Of a stretch of 64,000 nt of DNA, positions 35,905 through 49,612 are shown one piece after another. The notes beneath the pieces were generated by a model. It worked only from the letters and a program-made list of their open reading frames with translations, was not told the DNA's origin and did not search any database. A program made the translations under genes and the position numbers. The DNA is from Macrostomum lignano (lineage: Eukaryota): contig NIVC01000263.1 in the NCBI GenBank assembly GCA_002269645.1, positions 248,001 to 312,000 of the forward strand, written 5' to 3'. Position 1 is the stretch's first letter. Every line of letters begins with the position of its first letter.

Positions 35905-37951
35905 TCTCACTTGGATCTCAGTCTCTCACTTGGATCTCAGTCTCTCACTTGGATCTCAGTCTCTCACTTGGATCTGTCTCTCACTTGGATCTCAGTCTCT
36001 CACTTGGATCTCAGTCTCTCACTTGGATCTCAGTCTCTCACTTGGATCTGTCTTTCACTTGGATCTCAGTCTCTCACTTGGATCTCAATCTGTCTCACTT
36101 GGATCTCAGTCTCTCACTTGGATCTCAATCTGTCTCACTTGGATCTCAGTCTCTCACTTGGATCTCAGTCTCTCACTTGGATCTCAGTCTCTCACTTGGA
36201 TCTCAGTCTCTCACTTGGATCTCAGTCTCTCACTTGGATCTCAGTCTCTCACTTGGATCTCAGTCTCTCACTTGGATCTCAGTCTCTCACTTGGATCTCA
36301 GTCTCTCACTTGGATCTCAGTCTCTCACTTGGATCTCAGTCTCTCACTTGGATCTCAGTCTCTCACTTGGATCTCAGTCTCTCACTTGGATCTCAGTCTC
36401 TCACTTGGATCTCAATCTGTCTCACTTGGATCTCAGTCTCTCACTTGGATCTCAGTCTCTCACTTGGATCTCAGTCTCTCACTTGGATCTCAGTCTCTCA
36501 CTTGGATCTCAGTCTCTCACTTGGATCTCAGTCTCTCACTTGGATCTCAGTCTCTCACTTGGATCTCAGTCTCTCACTTGGATCTCAGTCTCTCACTTGG
36601 ATCTCAGTCTCTCACTTGGATCTCAGTCTCTCACTTGGATCTCAGTCTCTCACTTGGATCTCAGTCTCTCACTTGGATCTCAGTCTCTCACTTGGATCTC
36701 AGTCTCTCACTTGGATCTCAGTCTCTCACTTGGATCTCAGTCTCTCACTTGGATCTCAGTCTCTCACTTGGATCTCAGTCTCTCACTTGGATCTCAGTCT
36801 CTCACTTGGATCTCAGTCTCTCACTTGGATCTCAGTCTCTCACTTGGATCTCAGTCTCTCACTTGGATCTCAGTCTCTCACTTGGATCTCAGTCTCTCAC
36901 TTGGATCTCAGTCTCTCACTTGGATCTCAGTCTCTCACTTGGATCTCAGTCTCTCACTTGGATCTCAGTCTCTCACTTGGATCTCAGTCTCTCACTTGGA
37001 TCTCAGTCTCTCACTTGGATCTCAGTCTCTCACTTGGATCTCAGTCTCTCACTTGGATCTCAGTCTCTCACTTGGATCTCAGTCTCTCACTTGGATCTCA
37101 GTCTCTCACTTGGATCTCAGTCTCTCACTTGGATCTCAGTCTCTCACTTGGATCTCAGTCTCTCACTTGGATCTCAGTCTCTCACTTGGATCTCAGTCTC
37201 TCACTTGGATCTCAGTCTCTCACTTGGATCTCAGTCTCTCACTTGGATCTCAGTCTCTCACTTGGATCTCAGTCTCTCACTTGGATCTCAGTCTCTCACT
37301 TGGATCTCAGTCTCTCACTTGGATCTCAGTCTCTCACTTGGATCTCAGTCTCTCACTTGGATCTCAGTCTCTCACTTGGATCTCAGTCTCTCACTTGGAT
37401 CTCAGTCTCTCACTTGGATCTCAGTCTCTCACTTGGATCTCAGTCTCTCACTTGGATCTCAGTCTCTCACTTGGATCTCAGTCTCTCACTTGGATCTCAG
37501 TCTCTCACTTGGATCTCAGTCTCTCACTTGGATCTCAGTCTCTCACTTGGATCTCAGTCTCTCACTTGGATCTCAGTCTCTCACTTGGATCTCAGTCTCT
37601 CACTTGGATCTCAGTCTCTCACTTGGATCTCAGTCTCTCACTTGGATCTCAGTCTCTCACTTGGATCTCAGTCTCTCACTTGGATCTCAGTCTCTCACTT
37701 GGATCTCAGTCTCTCACTTGGATCTCAGTCTCTCACTTGGATCTCAGTCTCTCACTTGGATCTCAGTCTCTCACTTGGATCTCAGTCTCTCACTTGGATC
37801 TCAGTCTCTCACTTGGATCTCAGTCTCTCACTTGGATCTCAGTCTCTCACTTGGATCTCAGTCTCTCACTTGGATCTCAGTCTCTCACTTGGATCTCAGT
37901 CTCTCACTTGGATCTCAGTCTCTCACTTGGATCTCAGTCTCTCACTTGGAT
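35905..37951. repeat. 19-bp minisatellite (CTTGGATCTCAGTCTCTCA), about 2 kb
   Basis: Near-perfect; explains the three spurious 680-800 aa ORFs. Confidence 0.98.
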
Positions 37952-40900
37952 AAATACATATAAGATAGTTTTTTAATATTTCCCTTGCACCTCAAAGTGA
38001 GTTCCCCAGAGCTGGCTAGATAGGATCTGTCTCATCTGGGTTGTATTAATAGTCACGAGCCAGTTCAGACGCTTCAGTTCAGACAATTTGGATAAAAATA
38101 TTATTTGAGCCCCGACCTCGGCTCTGCGCTAATCATCTAATTCTAGATGAATGAAAAAAGACCTCAGGGGCGAGGAACGCGGACGGGAGATAAACTCATA
38201 GGGATTATTAGAGATCGAAAAGGGGTGCGAAGACGATAGGCAAAGCACTGGCCTCCCCTCGCGCTCTGCTAGCAGCAGAAGCCGGGGGGCTCCAACCCCC
38301 CCCCCCCAGCCTCCAGCCCAAACAGGTGCAAAGCTGCTCCGGGAGTTGGTTGATCGAATCTCCCCCGTCGCCAGGCGGGCGATGTCGTCCCGCTCGAACA
38401 AAATGCCATCGATTTTGTCATCCGCCCCTTCCAGTCCGCCTCTGCACCTGGCTGGGAAGCAGCAAGCCAGGTGTCTCAGCCATCCGGTCTCAAGCAGGCC
38501 CTTGATTCTCTCTGATCCGCTGCTTTCTCGGCTTCTTCTGCACCCACCCCCCTCCGCGCCCTCTTTCAGCTCTGCCGTTCCCTCTTTCTACCGTCTTCTT
38601 CCTTCCTAAGCCGGCCCCGATTTCCCTTTTTTAATCCCCTTGCCAGCGATTATTATCCGGCCCGACTGCCGCGCAGCAGTGTCAGAATTTGATACAGCAG
38701 GGGCGAGAGGCTGAACACAGTATTGTTTGTTTTGTTTATTGTTTATTGCCTGTGTACAGTATTGGCGCGCTTGTCTGGCGCTCAGGAGTCAGGCGGAATG
38801 GGAAGACTGACGTCACAGCTGGTTGTGACGCCGAAGGCATTGAGCCAGGGTGCCTGCGAATATTAATTATGAACTAGAATCCCGAACAAGAAGCGAATAC
38901 TGCGCGGAATCGAACTCAGGAGCTGTGGTATATTAACGAGTATTATTTTAGATTAACTATTATTCAAAAATAGTCAACTGCCTCCTTCATTTTGTCGGGA
39001 TATCACCGCGTGTTTGTCTCTCCGCCTCGGGACTGTTAGATCCCTATTTCCCTTTCTCTCCTTCTCCTTATCCCCCCTCCCCTTCCGCGAGCACCCCGCC
39101 TTTCTGTTTCTCAAAGCGAGCAAGCATTGTACTGGGCCGCCTGTGTTGACTCTCCTCTGCTATATATCAGTAAGCAGGGCTAATGCGTGCATTGGTGACT
39201 CGGCTAGCGGCTTTTGGCGGCCTGGGCGGCGGCGCTTAATGAGAGAGATCGGGGATCTGCGAGGGGGGCTCTGCCCAAGTAATTTGCGCCCCTCCCCTCT
39301 CCTCTCGCCTCTCCCACTCCGTCCCCATGGGGAGAGCAGCAGCGCGAGGAGCAAAAGGTCGTCGTCACCTCGGCTAACGGCTAATCCCTAGGCTAGGCTT
39401 ACCTAGGCTATGATAGAAACCTTGCTGAAATAGGGGGGCGCGATCCTCTTAGCTGGTTTAATAAGCCAAGAGCAAGGAGCATATCAGAGAGAGAGAGAGA
39501 GAGAAACGCCAAAGCAACTGACAAGGTAACACAGATGTAAAAGCAAAGTGCCGATCTTTCGAATATTGTATTTTCTTCCTCAGGGCTATTATAAACGCTA
39601 ATATTTTAGGAAAGAGAGCGAAAGAGAGGTAGAGGTAGAGAGTAATGTGAGAGAGAGGGGGGAGAGAGGGAGAGAGCGTGTGTGTGTGTGTGTGTCGTTG
39701 ACTGACTAACAACCCTCAGATTATGGCAAAATTATTTGCTCTCGATAGTTTTTGCCCCGCCTGCATTGGTTGCTTAAAAATTTAGCGGGAAAGAAGAGGC
39801 TGGGGAAGGGGGACAGATAAGAAAGGATGGATGGGCTGAGGAGCAACAGGCGGGTGGAGCTGCATTGGTAGGGGACTCGCGCGGAGTCTAGGAGAAGAAT
39901 TGCAGGCAGGTCACCCGCGGGATAAGTGGAGGTGGGCTGGGAGATGGGGTGGCGGGTGTGGAGTGGAAAGAACGGGAGAACAGGGCTGGGGTGAGCAGGG
40001 AGGATAGCGGGAGATGACGGAGGGCTAGTGGGAGTCGATTGCGAAGGGAGCAGAACTGGGTGGGGCTTTCGATTTTGGGATGCTCCAGCGGGCATGGGCA
40101 GCGGATTACAGGGCGGGGTCGGTGGCGCCCCCAGATCCGGGCGCAGAATCGATACCCCCTGCCTGCCCTCCAGCGCATTAAGCTCTAAAGCCAAGGATTT
40201 GGATTCGAACCGGGGCAAATTTCCAATGGGGAGCGAGGGCCCGGGCTGAAGTCACACAGGGGGGAGAGCAGCCTAGAGAGGGGGGACGGATGCCCCCCTC
40301 TCCCCATTTCCCCTTCAACACATTCCCGGGGGACCGTGGGGAGGCAGCCGCGGTTATTGCAGCGGGGATGGCGGGGTGGGGCCTCCCCTAAGCCCCCGGC
40401 CACCCCAGCCCGGCCTGGTCAATTTGATAAGCGACAAGCGATAGGGCTATTTAATTAATTAACGTGGCTTGTCAAAGGGCTGAAATTAATACCAAAAATT
40501 GTCCCGCTGACCGAAGAGCTCCGGTCTCTACTTCCCCGATCGCTTTCCCTGTCCGCCTCCCCACCGCCGCAGCGCATATTATTTTACCAATTGGCCCCGC
40601 TCTGAGCTGTCCCTCTCCCCAGCGCTGTATTAACTTGATTAGAGAGTCGTCGGCTTCAGCTCGCCTCGCTCGCTAGGCTCACACGGCGGCCACTTCCACA
40701 ACCCTTTACACACACACAGACACACACACACACACTTTCCCTCCTTTTAATTCCTTTTGCTTTTTTGCCTCAACGAAAAGCCAAAAGCTGCCTTACCCCC
40801 CTCTCTGCAACCCCCCCCCCCACTATTCTCTCGCTCTCCCCACGCCTGACCATTCGCGCTGTTTTGGGGGGGGGGGTCGGCGGGCTCCTCTTTTTTGCAA

Positions 40901-41004
40901 TAAAATTCCAAGCATTTCTGCCGGTTTTCCTCCCAGCTAATTCTCGGCTCGCCGATCCAACAGTGGTTTCAACTCAGCGGCACACAGGTAGAAGAGTCGG
41001 TCAG

Positions 41005-44000
41005 ATGTCTGAGTCGGGTTCTCCTGAGCCTCGCGACCCGAAGCCGGCTGATGAAGGCGAAGAAGCTGCTGCATGCCGCCTGCGACTCTGCCCATCAGCT
41101 GACAACTGCTCAGGTGCTGAGTACGATGGTGAGTTGCCAGTTCTTGTTATATCTTTGCGATCCTTCTATCTCTTGTTATATCTCTGCGATCATTCTATCT
41201 CTTTGTTATATCTCTGCGATCCTTCTATCTCTTGTTATATCTCAGCGATTCTTCAATCTCTTTGTTATATCTCTGCGATCCTTCTATCTCTTTGTTATAT
41301 CTCTGCGATCCTTCTATCTCTTTGGTATATCTCTGCGATCCTTCTATCTCTTTGTTATATCTCTGCGATCATTCTATCTCTTTGGTATATCTCTGCGATC
41401 ATTCTATCTCTTGTTATATCTCTGCGATCCTTCTATCTCTTGTTATATCTCTGCGATCCTTCTATCTCTTGTTATATCTCTGCGATCCTTCTATCTTTTG
41501 AGAACACTTCCCCCTCTTTATCACCCCCTGCCCATCTCTCTGCCACTGCACTTCTCTGTGACCCCTCTCTCCCTCTCTGTGACCCCTCTCTCCCTCTCTG
41601 TGACCCCCCTCTCTCCTTCTCTGTGACCCCCTCTCTCCCTCTCTGTGACCTCCTCTCTCCCTCTCAGTGACCTCCTCTCTCCCTCTCAGTGACCCCCCTC
41701 TCCCTCTCTGAGACCCCCTCTCTCCCTCTCTGTGACCCCCTCTCTCCCTCTCTGTGACCCCCTCTCTCCCTCTCTGTGACCCCCCTCTCTCCCTCTCTGT
41801 GACCCCCTCTCTCCCTCTCTGTGACCCCTCTCTCCCTCTCAGTGACCCCCCTCTCCCTCTCTGAGAACCCCTCTCTCCCTCTCAGTGACCCCCCTCTCCC
41901 TCTCTGAGAACCCCTCTCTCCCTCTCTGTGACCCCACCCTTCGCCCTCTCTATAACTTTCTTTGACCTCAAATCCCTACCGATCTGATTTCGGAAATTTG
42001 AATGCCTAATTAAACATTTTACAAGCTCGCGACGCCTCCATGGCTCAGCATCAGCAACCTGCAGTCACCGCAGCCGCAGCCGCCTCAAAGGCGAAACCGC
42101 GAAGGAATCGAACTAATTTTACCTTGGACCAGCTGACCGAACTCGAGCGGCTGTTCGAGGAGACTCACTACCCGGATGCCTTCATGCGAGAGGAACTCAG
42201 CCATCGGCTTGGACTGTCCGAGTCTCGCGTCCAGGTAGGTGTGGCTTTGCGCTCTGTAGTCCCTGACACTTTATTTGAGTTACTGACGCTTTATTTGAGT
42301 CACTGACACTTGATTTGAGTCACTGACACTTTATTTGAGTCACTGACACTTGATTTGAGTCACTGACACTTGATTTGAGTCACTGACACTTGATTTGAGT
42401 CACTGACACTTGATTTGAGCCACTAAAATTGATTCCTTGATTACTCAGTGTGGAGCCTCTGACACCTCAGTTTAGAGCCTCTGACACCTCAGTTTAGAGC
42501 CTCTGACACCTCAGTTTAGAGCCTCTGACACCTCAGTTTAGAGCCTCTGACACCTCAGTTTAGAGCCTCTGACACCTCAGTTTAGAGTCTCTGACACCTC
42601 AGTTTAGAGCCTCTGACACCTCAGTTTAGAGTCTCTGACACCTCAGTTTAGAGCCTCTGACACCTCAGTTTAGAGTCTCTGACACCTCAGTTTAGAGCCT
42701 CTGACACCTCAGTTTAGAGTCTCTGACACCTCAGTTTAGAGCCTCTGACACCTCAGTTTAGAGTCTCTGACACCTCAGTTTAGAGCCTCTGACACCTCAG
42801 TTTAGAGTCTCTGACACCTCAGTTTAGAGCCTCTGACACCTCAGTTGCTGGTTCCAGGCTGCCATTAGTCACATACAATTTGATTTTAAACTAGCAGATA
42901 AATCTCGACCTCTCAACTTTATCCTAATGCCCAAGTTTTATCAGTAGTCTCAAGAATGCCAATACGTTTGTACATAAATCCACCTTCACCTAAACAGGTG
43001 TGGTTTCAGAACAGGCGAGCCAAGTGCCGAAAGCAAGAGGGCGGCGTTCAGGGAGCGGCCGCTGCGACTGGGAAACTCGCTGACTCGGCAGGGCAGGACG
43101 CTGCGGTGGCGAGAAGTGAGTGACGAATAGTGGCACTGCTATGTCAGTTTAGATTGGATAGTGGCACTGCTATGTCAGTTTAGATTGGATAGTGGCACTG
43201 CTATGCCAGTTTAGATTGGATAGTGGCACTGCTATGTCAGTTTAGATTGGATAGTGGCACTGCTATGCCAGTTTAGATTGGATAGTGGCACTGCTATGCC
43301 AGTTTAGATTGGATAGTGGCACTGCTATGCCAGTTTAGATTGGATAGTGGCACTGCTATGCCAGTTTAGATTGGATAGTGGCACTGCTATGCCAGTTTAG
43401 ATTGGATAGTGGCACTGCTATGCCAGTTTAGATTGGATAGTGGCACTGCTATGCCAGTTTAGATTAGAAAGTGGCACTGCTATGCCAGTTTAGATTGGAT
43501 AGTGGCACTGCTATGCCAGTTTAGATTGGAAAGTGGCACTGCTATGCCAGTTTAGATTGGATAGTGGCACTGCTATGCCAGTTTAGATTGGAAAGTGGCA
43601 CTGCTATGCCAGTTTAGATTGGATAGTGGCACTGCTATGCCAGTTTAGATTGGAAAGTGGCACTGCTATGCCAGTTTAGATTGGAAAGTGGCACTGCTAT
43701 GCCAGTTTAGATTGGAAAGTGGCACTGCTATGCCAGTTTAGATTGGAAAGTGGCACTGCTATGCCAGTTTAGATTGGAAAGTGGCACTCAGATGGCATCA
43801 TTAGATCGGATAGTGGCACTCAGATGGCATCATTACATCAAATAGTGGCACTCAGATGGCATCATTAGATCGGATAGTGGCAATCAGATGGCACCATTAC
43901 ATCAAATAGTGGCACTCAGATGGCATCATTAGATCGGATAGTGGCAATCAGATGGCACAATTGGATCGGATAGTGGCACTCAGATGGCACAATTGGATCA

Positions 44001-44716
44001 GATAGTGGCACTCAGATGGCACAATTGGATCGGATAGTGGCACTCAGATGGCACAATTGGATCAGATACTGGCACTCAGATGGCACAATTGGATCGGATA
44101 GTGGCACTCAATGCTCATATAGATCTCAATTCTCAACCGACCAGCGGGCAGCGGAACTCCCAAGCTGTCACCTCAGTCGCAGATGCAACCGCAGCCGCCC
44201 CAGCATCAGGCGCCTCATCGTAGAAGAAAGCCGCCTCATCGCCCGACCATCCAGCCTCCGCAGCCTCCGCCGCCGCAGCCACTGCCGCTGGAGCCGCAGA
44301 CTCAGAATTTGGCTGAGCCCGAAGAATCAGACGGTTCCGGCTCCCAGCCTCTCAGCCCCATCGCCGGATTCTCAGGCTACCCGCACCTGCCTCAGCTGCC
44401 CTTCCCGCCGGCTCAGCAACCTTTGTTCTGCCCACCGCAGGCGCCCGGCTCATCGCAGCAGCAGCAGCTTCTGTGCCAGCAGACTCGCCAACTGCAGCAG
44501 GCGCTCGCCCTGCACAACTACCTGAGCCTGTTTTCACACCTGGGCTCCACCGGTCTGGGCGTCGGCACCACTACGGGGCTACAGCAGCAGCAGCAGCAGC
44601 TTCAGCAGCAGCCGCAACTGGCAAAGGAGGCCCTCGAAGAGCTGCAGGCGGCCGCCGCAATGGAGAGCTTCTGGCGGCTGATACTGCCGGCTGTTCAGCA
44701 GTCGGCGAACGACTGA
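41005..44716 (+). CDS. shox: SHOX-class paired-type homeobox protein, 340 aa; exons 41005-41128, 42026-42234, 42998-43115, 44145-44716
   Basis: Homeodomain [46 protein letters not shown]|[14 protein letters not shown] closely matches SHOX/SHOX2, with the typical intron before VWFQN. Junction phases are 1, 0, 1 and the total of 1023 nt is in frame. Exon 1 assignment is less certain. Confidence 0.88.
41145..41935. repeat. Two adjacent arrays in shox intron 1: about 30-bp (TTGTTATATCTCTGCGATCCTTCTATCTCT) then about 22-bp (CTCTCTCCCTCTCTGTGACCCC)
   Basis: Directly visible. Confidence 0.9.
42265..42846. repeat. Two arrays in shox intron 2: 20-bp (GAGTCACTGACACTTGATTT) and 22-bp (GAGCCTCTGACACCTCAGTTTA)
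   Basis: Directly visible; both share CTGACAC. Confidence 0.92.
43128..44110. repeat. 31-32-bp minisatellite filling shox intron 3 (GATAGTGGCACTGCTATGCCAGTTTAGATTG, switching to GATAGTGGCACTCAGATGGC... at about 43790)
   Basis: Directly visible. Confidence 0.95.
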
Positions 44717-44811
44717 CTGCGGTGCGGCATCCTGCGGCTTCGGGATGTTCGATGGCGGGACTGGCAGATGGCCTTCTTTTGTCAATGAGCGCTGGAGTCT
44801 TACAATCTGCA

Positions 44812-45290
44812 TGTCCCAATTCCCAATACCCCAATTTCGCAATACCCCAATTTCCCAATACCCAATGTCCCAATACCCCAATGTCCCAATACCCAATGTA
44901 CCAATACCCCAATGTCCCAATACCCCAATGTCCCAATACCCCAATGTCCTAATACCCCAATGTCCCAATACCCCAATGTCCCAATACCCCAATACTCCAA
45001 TGTCCCAATACCCCAATGTCCCAATACCCCAATGTCCCAATACCCCAATGTCCCAATACCCCAATGTCCCAATACCGCAATTTCGCAATACCCCAATGTC
45101 CCAATACCCAATGTACCAATACCCCAATGTCCCAATACCCTAATATCCCAATACCCTAATGTCACAATACCCCAATGTCCCAATACCCCAATACCCAATA
45201 CCCCAATACCCATTACCCAATGCCCCCAAATTCAACACCCCAACGTCCCAATACCTTATTATCTCAATATCCATATGTACCAATATCCCA
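44812..45290. repeat. 16-bp repeat (AATGTCCCAATACCCC) downstream of the shox stop codon
   Basis: Directly visible; produces spurious QYPNVPIP/GIGTLGYWD ORFs. Confidence 0.9.
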
Positions 45291-46221
45291 AAATCTCTAT
45301 CGAGTCGAAACTTCCAACCAAGGTTCACCAAAAATCTTCGTTCGGACTTGCTTTAACTGAAGTTTGCCACAAAAGCTTTCTGCTGTCTGTCCGTTGTCGA
45401 AACAAAAATTCCACAATCTTGTGAAATGTTTGAATCTCAATTGCATGCAGCCATTTTAAAAACTGTGCGCTTATTTGCTAAGTGACTGAGCACCCATGAC
45501 TTACGAATAAATTATTGCATGTGTTTTTTAATCTTGCCGAGCCTGCATCACGCTACTCACAGTAGGCTAAATTGCATATTTTTCTTGACTGCCAATGGTT
45601 GATGTAATTACGCGGACTTATAAAGGACCTTAAAAACTGAATTTCTCAACCAAACTGAGGTTACGTTTTATAATTTAATTGGTGACTGTTTTGACACAAC
45701 TATTTCGCGCGATTGTGCCCGCAAAACCTCAGTGTGACACCTTCGCTTCCCCCGAAGATGCCATTCGCGAGGTGACCACTGCAATGCACAGTTTTTAGTA
45801 AGCACTATCGTTGTTTTTAACATATATATATATATATAAATAAATAAACATTTTGAGCGCAGTTCGTACTAGTTGGTGTTCATAAATTATTGCTTGCTAA
45901 AACTGCTTGAGGCGGAAGGCCTTTTTGTTTCAATAGATGGAATGGCAGCGAAGAGTTTGTGCTGCTTTGCGCGTGTATTTATATATTTACAAACAACGCC
46001 AGATTGAGGGGCCAAGCCAAGGGAGGTGCGAAACAGGTGGCGTGGCGTGATTGGCTACGCCAACCCCCTGGCTTAGCGAGCCGGCTAGCGCGGTGCGCAA
46101 CCACCCCACCTCAGCTAGACAGAGGTTGGGGGTTTTCCAGTGCGGCTGCACTGGTGCTGCCGGTCGCGTACAGTCTGGCCGCCACATGCTTCACAATATC
46201 GACTCAAACTCCACTGCTTCT

Positions 46222-46560
46222 ATACCTGGAACCCAATCTAAATGTACCTGGAACCCAATCTAAATGTACCTGGAAACCAATCTAAATGTACCTGGAAACC
46301 AATCTAAATGTACCTGGAACCCAATCTAAATGTACCTGGAACCCAATCTAAATGTACCTGGAACCAAATCTAAATGTACCTGGAACCCAATCTAAATGTA
46401 CCTGGAACCCAATCTAAATATACCTGCAACCAAATCTAAATGTACCTGGAACCCAATCTAAATGTACCTGGAACCCAATCTAAATGTACCTGGAACCCAA
46501 TCTAAATGTATCTGGAACCCAATCTAAATGTACCTGGAACCCATTCTAAATGTAACTGGA
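46222..46560. repeat. 22-bp repeat (TACCTGGAACCCAATCTAAATG)
   Basis: About 15 copies. Confidence 0.92.
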
Positions 46561-48254
46561 AACCAAATCTAATTTGAATCCAATCTACATGGAAACTAAT
46601 CTACCTTTAGCTACAGCTGAAGCTACATGTAGATATATAGAAAATATTTGAATACTCCTTGAATACTGCCTACAGTAGTGCATCAGCAATGTGCCCTAAA
46701 CCAAAAAATGGCATCGATGCCACAGCTGTCTATCTAATTGAAATTTTGTTTGCTACAGCGCTGTGCGGAAGTGCCGACTTCACTATAGGAGAAATGCTCC
46801 ACTGATTGCACAACACAATCTAACGGGCTGGGATGCTGCGATGCAGAGGATTCTGGTTAAAACCCCTACTTTTCTCTTCATCGAAACATCCTTATTAAGC
46901 TCCATTTCACCCAGTCTGCCTGTACAACTATTGATCGGCAACTTCCGTAATCTCCTGACCCTGAGCAGTGGCCTGTACTCCTCTCTCTGTTATCTGTTTT
47001 CTATCCCCCCACTCGCCCTCTCTTCTCACCTCTCCCTCTCCCACTTCCCTCTCTTCTCACCTCTCCCTCTCCCACTTCCCTCTCTTCTCACCTCTCCCTC
47101 TCCCGCTCTCCTCTTTCTTATCTCCTCTCCCTCTCTCTCTTCCCTCTCTCCTTCTCTTAACTTTCCCTCTCCTCACTCCATTGTCTAATCGCCTACCTCT
47201 GATGTACAAAGCGCCACTATTAATCGAACGCCATGCGTTGGATTAGTAATCGGGCATAACTGCGGGTATTTGGTGTCAATATGTTTACGCAACTTGAAAT
47301 TTTTTACACAGCATTAGCGCACTCTGCAATACCGATTGATTGACAGAGCGGGCCTGAAGGCAACAACAGCACCTATTATATAAATTTAACGACCCAGTCG
47401 GTAACTGCTATAATAAATATAGCACTACGGTAATAATTGGTAAAGCAAAACAGACTGAACTGAATTCACTTTTCCAACCCAAGGAGGGAGAGAGAGAGGC
47501 GCACAGGGGGTCGCGGGTTCTAACTAGGCTGCACGCCGGACCCTGACTAAGTGCACACAGGTAGTGAGCCTCCAGACTGCCTACCTGCCCTGTCTGTCTG
47601 CCCATCCGGTACCAAAACCTGCTTTCCCCCCATAGCAGCTCTGAATCCTCAATTGGGATCTTGACGGCCACCTCCCAATGCCCCAAGACCCGGATGGGGG
47701 GTGGGGAGGCCAAATTTCCTTAGGACGTCTTGGCTTTTATTGTATAACGTGGGCTGCGAGGGGAAGATGGACGGTGCAGCAAGTTGCTGTCAGGGCATCC
47801 GAAAGGGTTGGGGATATTGGCGATGGGGGCGGGATCGGGTTAAACCTACCAACAGCCAATTGTAGTTTAGAGGGGAGAAATCTCCCCCCCCCTCGTTACA
47901 AGGCTGGAGAGTAAGGGGGCGAGGGGAGCAGGGGGATAAGAGGCAGCGCGGATGCTGGGAGGAGCTCCTGCCTGTAAAGCAGCAAAAGACAGAACTTGAC
48001 TGCACGAGGGCGAGTAAAAAAGGAACTCGGCTATATTTACACTGCAACCCGCAAGTCTTGAGCTGATAAAAACATTGAGACCTCCGCAGACTCGCTAACA
48101 ACCTGCAGGCTGCCACACCCTCCGGCAGAGACTCAAAGTCACTAAGCATGGCCGACCCCACAGAGCCTGGCACCGATCTCAGGCAAGGTGAGTCCGCCGG
48201 GGACAAAGTAAGGATGTCTGCGACTTCTGGAAACTCACTCGGCTCCTGACTCTC

Positions 48255-49000
48255 CATCTCGCCCTCTCTGCATCTCCTTCTCTCCTCTCTCTCTGCGTCT
48301 ATACACTTCTCTCTTCCTCTCCCCTCTCTGCATCTCCCCCTGTCCTCTCTCTTCCCTCTCTCCCTCTCCCTCTCCCTCTCCCTCTCCCTTTCCTTCTCCC
48401 TCTCCCTCTCCCTCTCCCTCTCCCTCTCCCTTTCCCTCTCCCTCTCCCTCTCCCTCTCCCTCTCCCTTTCCTTCTCCCTCTCCCTCTCCCTCTCCCTCTC
48501 CCTCTCCCTCTCCCTCTCCCTCTCCCTCTCCCTCTCCCTCTCCCTTTCCCTCTCCCTCTCCCTCTCCCTCTCCCACTCCCTTTGCTTCTCCCTCTCCCTC
48601 TCCCTCTCCCCCTCCCTCTGCCTCTCCCTTTTCCTCTCCCTCTCCCTCTCCCTCTCCCTCTCCCTCTTTCTTTTCCTCTCCCTCTCCCTCTCCCTCTCCC
48701 TCTCCCTTTCCCTCTCCCTCTCCCTCTCCCTCTCCCACTCCCTTTGCTTCTCCCTCTCCCTCTCCCTCTCCCCCTCCCTCTGCCTCTCCCTTTTCCTCTC
48801 CCTCTCCCTCTCCCTCTCCCTCTCCCTCTTTCTTTTCCTCTCCCTCTCCCTCTCCCTCTCCCTCTTCCTTTCCCTCCTCTTCTACCTCTCCCTCTGCCTC
48901 TCTTCTCTCTCCTTCTTCCTTCCTATCACTCTCATCCTCTCCCTTTCTCCCTCTCACCCTCTATTCTTGTGCACTCCCTCTCTTCCCGTCTCTTTCCCTC
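48255..49000. repeat. (CTCTCC)n polypyrimidine tract
   Basis: Directly visible; source of the poly-EG and poly-LP ORFs. Confidence 0.95.
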
Positions 49001-49419
49001 CCTCCTACTTTGTCTCCCTCTCTATCTCACCCCCTTGTTTTAATCATAATCTCCGCTCAACCAATTCTTGTCTCTCCTTCACCCATGATTTTCTCTTTAT
49101 CAATATTTATTCCTCTGTTTATTCTTGTACGCCGGGACCCGCCTAAGACAGGGCGCACAGAAGACGACAAAAAACGGAGAATAGGAGAGTGTAAAAGTTG
49201 AAGTCCGGCGTTCGGCACCCCTCGAGAGAGGGAGGCATCCGATTTCAGTCGGGCATTCTGTCCCTGGCTTAGCATGTGCGCCGTCTGGGGCACTGTTGGA
49301 TCGCGTGAGGACTGCGCTGATTCCCCACTGACATTTGAGCAGCTCCCAGTGCTGCGGCTGCTGCGGGCCATTGTCTGAGTAATCCGCGACTGATCCCCGG
49401 GTACTATCAATACTATCTC

Positions 49420-49612
<193 letters not shown>

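Noticed and set aside
35586-37976. Three 677-796 aa ORFs
   Set aside because: They are translations of a stop-free 19-bp satellite in all three frames, with no splice or codon evidence.
32838-40700. Scattered 60-165 aa ORFs upstream of shox
   Set aside because: No recognisable domains, no phase-compatible exon chain found, and low-complexity composition.
48235-49043. RPGR-ORF15-like Glu-Gly protein and poly-Leu-Pro ORF
   Set aside because: Simple (CTCTCC)n tract with no flanking coding context.
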